Shown: one piece after another, positions 53,778 to 63,450 of the stretch
Layout of the letters: each line of letters begins with the position of its first letter
Numbering within the stretch: position 1 is the stretch's first letter
DNA from: an uncultured bacterium
GTDB taxonomy: Bacteria; Actinomycetota; Geothermincolia; Geothermincolales; Geothermincolaceae
Reading direction: 5' to 3'
Length of the DNA stretch: 64,000 nucleotides
NCBI GenBank assembly: GCA_963765625.1
Contig: CAVXXD010000006.1
Span: forward strand, 371,990-435,989
Made by a program: the position numbers and the translations under genes
The notes under the pieces: generated by a model
Told to the model about the DNA's origin: nothing
Database searches by the model: none
The model's input: the letters and a program-made list of their open reading frames with translations, nothing else

Positions 53778-54409
53778 TCCACCCCCATCTCAATCACACT
53801 CATCCTCCCACCCTCCAGCCAGGTGTGGTCATGGGAGACGGAGAGCACAGTCCATTCATCCCGCCCGGTGAAGTGTTCGACCACCCTGCGCTTCATCGGC
53901 GCGTCCAGTGCCGAAGTGGTCTCGTCCAGCAGGAAGATGTCGCGGTGCAGCAGCAAAGCCAGGGCCAAGGCCACCCGCTGGCGCTCCCCTCCTGAAAGGT
54001 CGGTAATCTCCTTTCGTAAGATCTCCGGTTCGAGATCGAAGAGCGCTAGCGCAGCGTCCAGGTCCTGCCGCGACGGCTGCAGCGGAAGATTGACCTTGTA
54101 GCGCATGGTCCGCTCGACCAGGTCCTCCACCCGCCCCGCCGCAATGTCTAAATCCTGGCTAACGTAGGCCGCCCTGCGGCGTACCTCCCAGGCTGCCGAG
54201 GGGTCGAGAGGGCGGCCCTCGAAGAAGACACCGCCGGAGTCCGGCACCGCGAAACCAAGTAGCATCCGCAGCAAGGTGGACTTGCCGATGCCTGATTTGC
54301 CGTAGATGAGCACCTTCTCCCCTCGTTTCACCTCCAAGTTGAAATCACGCAGGACCTCGACCCCGTCGTATTCAACATTGACATCTCGAAAGGAGAACAG
54401 CACGCTCAC
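53774..54409 (-). CDS. ABC transporter ATP-binding protein (FetA-like)
   Basis: Walker A is GKSGIGKST, the signature is LSGGERQRVALA, and Walker B is FLLDETTSALD. Confidence 0.85.
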   Translation of the reverse strand: MSVLFSFRDVNVEYDGVEVLRDFNLEVKRGEKVLIYGKSGIGKSTLLRMLLGFAVPDSGGVFFEGRPLDPSAAWEVRRRAAYVSQDLDIAAGRVEDLVERTMRYKVNLPLQPSRQDLDAALALFDLEPEILRKEITDLSGGERQRVALALALLLHRDIFLLDETTSALDAPMKRRVVEHFTGRDEWTVLSVSHDHTWLEGGRMSVIEMGVE

Positions 54410-54720
54410 CTCTCGCCTCCCCTGTCCAGCAGCACTTCGTCCACCAGTTCCTGGATCTTCCGGCGCGCCTCCTTCAAGGCTCTGCCGCCCTTGACCGTAG
54501 CTCGGTAGTAACGGCGTACCTTGCCGTTTACCACCCGCTTCTCGGACCGCAGATAACCGCCATCCTCCAATGAATGGAGCATGGGATAAAGCGTGCCAGG
54601 GCTTAGGCGATAGCCGTGCCGCGATAGTTCATCTATGATCCATGCCCCGTAGACCGGCTCCTCCTCCGCATGATGGAGAATGTGGATCCGGATGAACCCC
54701 AGGAAAAAGTATCTCTGCAT
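54406..54720 (-). CDS. PadR-family transcriptional regulator
   Basis: The sequence is HILHHAEEEPVYGAWIIDELSRHGYRLSPGTLYPMLHSLEDGGYL..RRYYRAT. Confidence 0.9.
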   Translation of the reverse strand: MQRYFFLGFIRIHILHHAEEEPVYGAWIIDELSRHGYRLSPGTLYPMLHSLEDGGYLRSEKRVVNGKVRRYYRATVKGGRALKEARRKIQELVDEVLLDRGGER

Positions 54721-54798
54721 ATCGCCTTGCTCCTAATATCGTATTACGATATCTTGCTTCGATATATTAAATCTAAAAAGGGGAAACGTCTATGTCAA

Positions 54799-54954
54799 TC
54801 CCCGAATTCGTTGCTCGAGTATCTGATGAGAAACCAGGGGCAGGTCCTGACCAGAACCCAGATCATGGAGCATGTCTGGAACTATGACTATTATGCGGGC
54901 TCAAACGTGGTCGATGTATACATCCGTTACTTAAGAAAAAAGATCGACGAGGGC
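54799..54954 (+). pseudogene. fragment of an OmpR-family response regulator (winged-helix output domain only)
   Basis: The sequence is SPNSLLEYLMRNQGQVLTRTQIMEHVWNYDYYAGSNVVDVYIRYLRKKIDEG. There is no receiver domain upstream, and the sequence degenerates after KKIDEG. Confidence 0.55.
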
Positions 54955-55144
54955 CGCAGAAGAGGACCTTCGACGCCGGAGGGCCGCCAGGTCAGATCGG
55001 CGGACCCAGATAACCACACTCAACCCTTTTACCCTAAGGCTCTACGCCTAAACCCTTACAATATCCTCGCTTAACACGTCTAAAATTTAACACATTCTCT
55101 AGCACAGTCCGGATATCTTGCTTTTGCTTGAAGCGCTGAAATAG

Positions 55145-55232
55145 TGGCGGAGGGGCCGGGATTCGAACCCGGGGGACCTTTCGGCCCAACGGTTTTCAAG
55201 ACCGCCGCATTCGTCCACTCTGCCACCCCTCC
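55145..55232 (-). tRNA. tRNA-Ser (anticodon UGA), class II with a long variable arm, CCA encoded
   Basis: I folded this by hand. The acceptor stem is GGAGGGG/CCCCTCC and the D stem is 3 bp (GCA/TGC). The anticodon stem is GCGGT/ACCGT with loop CTTGAAA. The variable arm is GGGCC-GAAA-GGTCC and the T arm is CCGGG-TTCGAAT-CCCGG, followed by discriminator G and CCA. Confidence 0.85.
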
Positions 55233-55345
55233 GTGGTCTATGTAAGTATAGCGCAACCGCGCGCGAAATAGCGTAGCCTCAACGCCTGTATTAAAATTAC
55301 GTTATGGTCGTCAAACGATAATGCGAACCGATCCGGGGGGTAAGC

Positions 55346-56737
55346 ATGAAGAAGACGATGCCGCGCTCCGCCCTGTGCCTCAACTTGTGTCTAGCCGCGC
55401 TCCTCGCCCTGTGTCTCGCAGCCGCCGGGTGTGGCGATAAATCGGCAACCGTCACTGAAGAAACCCCCGCTCCCGGCTTCGCGGAAAGGGCGCAAGCGCT
55501 GGTGGAGTCCGTCGCCGCGGGCGACTACGTCATCCCGCCGAAGGATCTCGACGCTGCTATGCGCCAGGCCGCGACGCCGGAAGCGATGCAGCAGGCCTGG
55601 GAGTCCCTACTGGGGAGTATGGGCGCTTTCAAGTCCGTCGTCTCCACCCGCCTTTCCGGGACGTCGGGCAGCGAGGTGGCCTTCGTCACCTGCTCGTTTG
55701 AGAACGGTGAGATAGACGTCAAGGTGGTGTTCGGCGGGGGCGGCAGGATCTCCGGGTTCTTCTTCGTCCCGGTCAACAGCGAGGCTGAATACCAGCCCCC
55801 TGCCTATGTCGACACCTCCAGTTTTACCGAGAAGGAAGTCACCGTTGGGGAGAGCGGGGAGTGGCCCCTGCCGGGGACGCTCACCCTCCCCAACGGCGAA
55901 GGTCCTTTCCCGGCCCTGGTGCTGGTGCACGGCTCTGGAGGCAACAACCGTGACGAGGGCTACGGCGCCATCGCCCCCTTCAAGGACCTGGCCTGGGGGC
56001 TGGCATCGCGCGGCATCGCCGTCCTGCGCTACGACAAGCGGACCATGGTCTACCAGGACCGGATGGCGATACTCAACGGGAACATCACCGTCAACGAAGA
56101 GGTGGTGGAGGACGTCCTGCTGGCCGTGGAGCTGATGCACGGCATGGAGGGCATCGACCCCGACAGGATATTCGTACTGGGGCACAGCCTGGGCGGCATG
56201 CTCATCCCGCGCATAGCCACCGCCTCGCCCGAAGCCCACGGTTTCGTCATCCTGGCGGGAGCCGCCCGCCCCATAGAGGACCTCATCATGGAGCAGACGG
56301 AGTACCTCGACTCCCTGGACGGCGTCATCACCCCGGAGGAGCAGGCCCAGCTGGACCAGCTGCGGGTGCTGGTGGAATGGATGAAAGGGCCGGAGCTCAA
56401 ATCGAATACCCCTGCGTACCAGTTGATGATGGGCTTCAGTGGCCGCTACTGGCTGGACCTGCACGGCTACCAGCCAGCGGATGAAGCGAAAAGCATCGCC
56501 CGTCCCGTCCTGGTGCTGCAGGGTGAACGCGACTACCAGGTGACCATGGCCGATTTCAGCCTCTGGCAGCAAGCCCTGTCCGGCATGCCCAACGTCACCT
56601 TCATCACTTATCCCGACCTCAACCACCTCTTCATGACCGGTACCGGCAAGAGCACGCCACAGGAGTACTCCCAGCCCGGCCACGTCTCGCAGGATGTGGT
56701 GGAGGACATCGCCGCCTTCATTACTCAGGCGTCGTAG
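55346..56737 (+). CDS. lipoprotein alpha/beta hydrolase
   Basis: The lipobox is LAAAGC. After an N-terminal roughly 120-aa domain comes the hydrolase core LVLVHGSGG and the GHSLGG nucleophile elbow. Confidence 0.8.
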   Translation: MKKTMPRSALCLNLCLAALLALCLAAAGCGDKSATVTEETPAPGFAERAQALVESVAAGDYVIPPKDLDAAMRQAATPEAMQQAWESLLGSMGAFKSVVSTRLSGTSGSEVAFVTCSFENGEIDVKVVFGGGGRISGFFFVPVNSEAEYQPPAYVDTSSFTEKEVTVGESGEWPLPGTLTLPNGEGPFPALVLVHGSGGNNRDEGYGAIAPFKDLAWGLASRGIAVLRYDKRTMVYQDRMAILNGNITVNEEVVEDVLLAVELMHGMEGIDPDRIFVLGHSLGGMLIPRIATASPEAHGFVILAGAARPIEDLIMEQTEYLDSLDGVITPEEQAQLDQLRVLVEWMKGPELKSNTPAYQLMMGFSGRYWLDLHGYQPADEAKSIARPVLVLQGERDYQVTMADFSLWQQALSGMPNVTFITYPDLNHLFMTGTGKSTPQEYSQPGHVSQDVVEDIAAFITQAS

Positions 56738-58290
56738 TAGATGTCCAGGTAGAGCTCGAGGGACTCCTTGACCAGCCGGCGGTCGAAGAAGATGGCCGAC
56801 GGGCCGTGCATGGGCATGCGGCTGCGGCCGCCCACCGCCCAGGCGGTTCCGCCCCATCCCTCGCCGGCGCCCTGCACCGCGTCGCGCAGGTCCAGCAGGA
56901 AGCGCTCGGCCACCCCGGGACGGGTGTGGCGCGGGGCCAGGCAGAAGCCGGCGGCGGGGGGATACTGCAGCCCGGCCAGGCTCCAGCGTCGGCCGGCCAT
57001 CAGCCGGATCACCTCGTAGATATCTACGTCGTCGGAAGTGAAGGCGATGTTCCACAGGGGGTCGCCCAGCAGCTTGAGGCCGGGGATGGCCTTGATGCCC
57101 CGCTTGACGTAGGCCGCCGTCACCAGGATAGCGCGGGCAGATTCGCGGTAGCCGTCCCTCCCCGTGGTCACCAGCGCCGCCCAGCAGGCCGCCGATAGCG
57201 CCCCGGGCCGGCCGCTGGCCAGAGTGGGAGAGAAGTAGACGCCGCCCGGCCATTCCGAGTTGGTGAAACAGTGGCGGCCGCGGAGTTCCCGCTCCCGGTG
57301 AAGAAGCACGGCTGTCCCGCGGGGGGCGAAGCCATACATGTGCGTCCCCACCGAGATGGAGGTCACCCCCTTCAGGCGGAAGTCGGCCACGGGCACGTCG
57401 TAGCCAAGTTCCTCGGCGAATGGGAGCATGAAGCCGCCCAGGGAGGCGTCGACGTGGAGGCCGAGACCGCGCTCGAGCGCAAGCTCGCTAAGTTCCTCGA
57501 TGGGGTCGATGACGCCGTGGGGAAGGGTGGGGGCCGAGCCTACCATCACCGCGGTGTTGTAGTTGACAGCTTTGCGCATGGCCCCGACGTCGGCCCGGTA
57601 ATCCTCGCCCACTGGAATCCGGCGAACTCTCATCTCCAGAAAGTCGGCCGCCTTGTCAAAGGCGGGGTGGACGCTGGCCGGGGCGATTATCTCGGGCCGG
57701 GCGACCCTCTTTTCTTCCTTGATCTTGTCCCGGTAGGCTTTCATGGCCAGGATGATGCTCTCGGTATTGCCGGAGGTGACAACCCCGCAGGCCTCGGGCG
57801 GCGTGTCGCCGTTATCCCCGGGTCCTCCCATGCCCAGCACGCGGGCCACCATGGAGATCGTCTCCGCCTCGTACTTGACGGCAGAGGGCCAGCGGTCGGG
57901 GTGGAAGGGGTCGCTTCCCGCGTTGGCAGCGCAGACTTCGGCCAGGAAGCGCCGGTGTTCTTTCTCCGCCTGGAAGGCCGAACCCCCGCCGGAGTTGTCC
58001 GGCCGGCGCGGTTCCTCCACGGCGTTGAGTCCGTTCATCTCGGCGATGATATCCCCGGCTGGCGCGCCGCGCTCAGGCAGCACGGCGAACTCCAGGCCGG
58101 TGCCCTGGTAGGGCTTTATGGCGTCAGCCATGTCGCCGGCGATACGGTCAAACCCGCGCCCGCCCTGCTTCCGCAGGATGGGGAGATTCCTGGCGATATC
58201 GCTCATCCTGGCGATCACCCCGGCGGCAGCGCCGGGATTAGCCAGCTTGGCCGCTTTCGCCGCCTTGTTGTAGAAATCGGTCAGGCCCAT
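56725..58290 (-). CDS. group II PLP-dependent decarboxylase/sphingosine-1-phosphate-lyase-like protein with the PLP lysine replaced
   Basis: The fold-type I pattern is present (VTSGNTESIILA..HVDASLGGF..). The expected S-x-x-x-T-H-K-Y-G-F-A-P-K-G motif reads SISVGTHMYGFAPRG. The Met codon is at 57337-57339. Confidence 0.75.
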   Translation of the reverse strand: MGLTDFYNKAAKAAKLANPGAAAGVIARMSDIARNLPILRKQGGRGFDRIAGDMADAIKPYQGTGLEFAVLPERGAPAGDIIAEMNGLNAVEEPRRPDNSGGGSAFQAEKEHRRFLAEVCAANAGSDPFHPDRWPSAVKYEAETISMVARVLGMGGPGDNGDTPPEACGVVTSGNTESIILAMKAYRDKIKEEKRVARPEIIAPASVHPAFDKAADFLEMRVRRIPVGEDYRADVGAMRKAVNYNTAVMVGSAPTLPHGVIDPIEELSELALERGLGLHVDASLGGFMLPFAEELGYDVPVADFRLKGVTSISVGTHMYGFAPRGTAVLLHRERELRGRHCFTNSEWPGGVYFSPTLASGRPGALSAACWAALVTTGRDGYRESARAILVTAAYVKRGIKAIPGLKLLGDPLWNIAFTSDDVDIYEVIRLMAGRRWSLAGLQYPPAAGFCLAPRHTRPGVAERFLLDLRDAVQGAGEGWGGTAWAVGGRSRMPMHGPSAIFFDRRLVKESLELYLDIYYDA

Positions 58291-58391
58291 TTAATACTCC
58301 CGGCATCGGCTTTCAACCGCCACGCAGACCACCATGTTTACCGGCCTCCTCTTTCGGATATAGCCGTATTATATCGGAATCGAGACAGGAG

Positions 58392-58814
58392 GTGCCCGGG
58401 ATGTCAACCAAGATGTTCGTCAACCTGCCGGTCAAGGACCTGGTTAACAGCAGCGGGTTCTTCGCCGGCCTCGGCTTCAAGTTCGATCCCCGCTTTACCA
58501 ACGAGGACGCCGCCTGCATGATCGTCGGCGAGGACATCTACGTAATGCTGCTGGTCGAGAAGTTCTTCAGGACGTTTACCCCCAAAGATATCTGTAACGC
58601 CTACCATCACACCGAGGCCATCATCTCCCTCACCATGGAAAGCAGGGAGCAGGTCGACGAGTTCGTGAACCGGGCGCTGGACGCGGGCGCCTCGGACTAC
58701 AAGGAGCCCATGGACGAAGGCGCCATGTACGCGTGGGGTTTCCAGGACCTCGACGGCCACATCTGGGAGATCTTCTACCTGGACATGAGCCAGGTGCCCG
58801 ACATGCCCGCCTAG
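58392..58814 (+). CDS. VOC (glyoxalase/bleomycin-resistance) family protein
   Basis: The sequence is MFVNLPVKDL..SSGFFAGLGF..WGFQDLDGHIWEI. Confidence 0.8.
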   Translation: MPGMSTKMFVNLPVKDLVNSSGFFAGLGFKFDPRFTNEDAACMIVGEDIYVMLLVEKFFRTFTPKDICNAYHHTEAIISLTMESREQVDEFVNRALDAGASDYKEPMDEGAMYAWGFQDLDGHIWEIFYLDMSQVPDMPA

Positions 58815-58835
58815 GCCCGGGTGATGCGGTTCCTC

Positions 58836-60969
<2,134 letters not shown>

Positions 60970-60982
<13 letters not shown>

Positions 60983-61593
60983 GTGCCGTCTTCCTCCTGC
61001 GTGGAGACGAACTCTTCCAGGTCCTCCTCCACCGTGACGTCGAAGATCCGCTTGTCCTCCTTGGGCCGCGCGCGCTCGATTTCCGGCTTGATACGGAGGG
61101 CCCGGCGCAGGGCCTCTTCTTCTTCTCTGGAAAGGGTGTGGGCGGAGCGGCCGTCGGCGACGGCCTTGGCGTAGACGCGGTTCTCGTTCCGGCCGTAGAT
61201 GGAGGTGTAGATCACCCCGTTGCGCTCGTCGTCCAGCATGGCCACGGCGTAGGAGAGCTTGCCCCCCATGTCCTCGAAGGCGTCGAAGCGAATTACCGCT
61301 ACCCGCTGCACCGCGCCGGCCAGCACGTCCAGCACGTAGTCGTACTTGCGCGACAGGTCCTGCACCTGGCGGGAGTTGTCCTTGACCTCCTCGATATGGT
61401 TGGCCACCAGTTCCACCATGTTCTTGCCATCGGCGCCCTTCTTCAGAATAAAGACGCTCTTGCGCAGCAGGGCCCACTGGCGCATCACCACCAGCATCAG
61501 GGCCAGGAAGACCAGGTTGGACACGATCAGCAGCAGGATCCAGAGATCCTGGTGATCTTCTATTATTGAAATCGCTGTCATATCTCCTCCCAT
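60970..61593 (-). CDS. DUF4446-family membrane protein
   Basis: The protein has a single N-terminal TM helix. It then reads VQRVAVIRFDAFEDMGGKLSYAVAMLDDERNGVIYTSIYGR, the pattern I associate with DUF4446, which sits between pheA and serS in actinobacteria. Confidence 0.7.
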
Positions 61594-61695
61594 GATTCAG
61601 GTTGACATTATATCACGCGCACCATTGGACGCAGGCGGGCGGTGGGGTAGAATATAAAGCAACAACAGCATGCTTTACGGGGGAGGTGCCGCCTG

Positions 61696-61971
61696 ATGCT
61701 CCTTAAGAACTACATGGAAGACGTGGTCGATCAGACCCTGGACGAGATCATGGAGTGGAAAGAGTCCTGTGGCTGCGACCGCTGCCGCAACGACATCAAG
61801 GCTCTGGCCCTCAACCACCTGCCCCCCAAGTACGTGGTCACCGACATGGGCTACGTCTACAGCAAGGTCAACCAGCTGGCCACCCAGTTCCGCACGGACA
61901 TCACCGTGGCCGTCACCAACGCCATGAAGGTGGTCTCCAAGAACCCCCGCCACGATCCCGAGAAGTGCTGA
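61696..61971 (+). CDS. ComFB-like (late competence development) protein
   Basis: The sequence is LKNYMEDVVDQTLDEI...CGCDRCRNDIKALALNHLPPKY. Confidence 0.7.
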   Translation: MLLKNYMEDVVDQTLDEIMEWKESCGCDRCRNDIKALALNHLPPKYVVTDMGYVYSKVNQLATQFRTDITVAVTNAMKVVSKNPRHDPEKC

Positions 61972-62004
61972 TCCGGGACCTCCTGGCTTACGGCTCCGCA
62001 TTTT

Positions 62005-62721
62005 ATGGTAAATACTGGTAAGAAACTCGATATTGCCGACCTGACCCTGCTTCAGCGGCAGCTCGCCGGCCAGGTCGTTGCTGACATCCCCCTAGATTTC
62101 GGCAAGCTTGAGCGTGTCACCGGCACGGACATCTCCTACCTCCGCGAGGACCACCTGGCCATCGCCGTGGCCGTCTCCTTCTCCTGGCCCGCTCTCGAGC
62201 TGGAGGAAGAGCGGGCCTGCGTGGGCCGGGTGGAATTCCCCTACGTCCCGGGGCTGCTCTCCTTCCGCGAGCTGCCGGCCTTGCTCCCCACCGTCCACGC
62301 CCTCTCCCGCCCACCACAGCTGCTGATGGCGGATGGCCAGGGCATTGCCCACCCCCGCCGTTTCGGCATCGCCTCCCACCTGGGAGTGGCCCTGGACGTC
62401 CCCACCCTGGGGTGCGCCAAGTCACGCCTGGTAGGTGATTATGACGAGCCGGGGCTGGAGCGGGGTAGCCGGTCCCTTCTTTTTCATGAAGAAGAAGTGG
62501 TGGGGGTGGTGCTGCGGACCCGCACCGGGGTCAAGCCCGTCTATGTCAGCGTCGGGCACCGTATCGACCTGGAGAGCTGCGTCGAGGCCGTGCTGGCCTG
62601 TGGCCGCGGATACCGCCTGCCCGAGCCCCAGCGCTACGCCCATGCCCTCACCGCCCGTCTCAAGTCCGCCTGGCGCGCCGGGGGCATGCCCGCCCTGCGC
62701 CAGGAGTGCCGGCTGCTGTAG
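62005..62721 (+). CDS. nfi: endonuclease V
   Basis: The motifs are VTGTDISY, FPYVPGLLSFRE, DGQGIAHPRRFGIASHLG and KPVYVSVGH. Confidence 0.9.
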   Translation: MVNTGKKLDIADLTLLQRQLAGQVVADIPLDFGKLERVTGTDISYLREDHLAIAVAVSFSWPALELEEERACVGRVEFPYVPGLLSFRELPALLPTVHALSRPPQLLMADGQGIAHPRRFGIASHLGVALDVPTLGCAKSRLVGDYDEPGLERGSRSLLFHEEEVVGVVLRTRTGVKPVYVSVGHRIDLESCVEAVLACGRGYRLPEPQRYAHALTARLKSAWRAGGMPALRQECRLL

Positions 62722-62774
62722 TGCGAGTTTCTTCTCAGTCAGCCAATCGCGTAGTATCATGTTCTGAGTAAAAA

Positions 62775-63095
62775 GTGCCACTGCGAAAAGGGGGTCGTCC
62801 GTTGGCGCTGTTCCAGAGTTTTGGTGCGCCGGAGATCCTGATGCTCCTGATAATCTTCTTTCCCGTACTGATAGCGGCGGCGGCCGTCCTGACCGCGCTG
62901 TACTTCAGGAAACGGCGCGAGCCCATGCCTCCCGTCCCACCGGCGAAGCCCGGCCCGCACACGCCTTCCGGGGCCATCTCCAGACAATACGATGGAGCCC
63001 ACCTCCTGCCCAAGGGCTCCCTGCCCTGCGCCAGGTGCGGCAGGTCCAACCCTGCAGGGTCGGTTTTCTGCCGCAAATGCGGCGTCAAGCTCTGA
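62775..63095 (+). CDS. single-pass membrane protein with a C-terminal zinc ribbon
   Basis: The TM helix is ILMLLIIFFPVLIAAAAVLTALYF, followed by a Pro-rich linker and CARCG..FCRKCG. The start is uncertain (62775 or the ATG at 62841). Confidence 0.6.
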   Translation: MPLRKGGRPLALFQSFGAPEILMLLIIFFPVLIAAAAVLTALYFRKRREPMPPVPPAKPGPHTPSGAISRQYDGAHLLPKGSLPCARCGRSNPAGSVFCRKCGVKL

Positions 63096-63188
63096 AGGAA
63101 ATCTGGGGTCAGACCCCTTCTCCACTTTCTCCCGCCTCCGACCGTGACCGGCCTTGAAGTGGAGAAGGGGTCTGACCCCAGATTTCCT
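63096..63188. repeat. 32-bp perfect inverted repeat separated by 29 nt
   Basis: The left arm at 63096-63127 is AGGAAATCTGGGGTCAGACCCCTTCTCCACTT. The right arm at 63157-63188 is its exact reverse complement. Each arm contains the sub-palindrome GGGGTC-A-GACCCC. No U-tract follows on either strand. Confidence 0.75.
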
Positions 63189-63202
63189 GGCGGGCGGCTG
63201 TA

Positions 63203-63232
63203 TTGACAAGGCTGAGGAGAGGGACAATAATA
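63203..63232 (+). promoter_or_regulatory. candidate sigma70-like promoter of the trp leader (TTGACA ... TAATAAT)
   Basis: TTGACA lies at 63203-63208. An A/T-rich -10-like AATAAT/TAATAA lies 17-19 nt downstream. Confidence 0.4.
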
Positions 63233-63266
63233 ATTAGCACTTGTAATAAAAGCATGGGAGTTGAAA

Positions 63267-63353
63267 ATGGAAGTTTACCCGAACAGCAAAAGGAGCATAT
63301 CCTGGTGGTGGCGGAACTGCCGCGGCGGTGTCTGCCCACCTTGCACCTGGTAA
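63267..63353 (+). CDS. Trp-operon leader peptide (28 aa, three consecutive Trp codons)
   Basis: GGGAG plus 6 nt precedes the ATG at 63267. The peptide is MEVYPNSKRSISWWWRNCRGGVCPPCTW, with TGG TGG TGG at 63303-63311, and it ends at the TAA at 63351. Confidence 0.7.
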   Translation: MEVYPNSKRSISWWWRNCRGGVCPPCTW

Positions 63354-63375
63354 ACGAGCGGACACAGAAAAACCG

Positions 63376-63408
63376 GCCGCGGCGAGCATTGAACGCCGCG
63401 GCTTTTTT
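63376..63408 (+). terminator. intrinsic terminator (attenuator) upstream of trpB
   Basis: The hairpin is GCCGCGGCG-9 nt loop-CGCCGCGGC followed by TTTTTT. It lies 43 nt upstream of the trpB ATG. Confidence 0.7.
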
Positions 63409-63450
63409 ATATCGCCGAATACGCTGATCAGATAAGGAGGAAAGGGTAAG

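Noticed and set aside
55607-57253. 548-aa minus-strand ORF; also 57271..58521 (+), 17728..18951 (+), 16082..17248 (+), 34922..35860 (-), 38148..39209 (+) and 63109..63789 (-)
   Set aside because: All overlap genes with strong family signatures on the other strand or in another frame. All have Arg/Gly/Pro-rich low-complexity products and lack SD sequences. They are GC-driven spurious ORFs.
63203-63427. 74-aa track ORF (MTRLRRGTIIISTCNKSMGVENGSLPEQQ...)
   Set aside because: It spans the promoter, leader and terminator of the trp attenuator, has no SD, and has no similarity to any family I recognise. The overlapping 28-codon WWW leader ORF with a GGGAG SD explains the region better.
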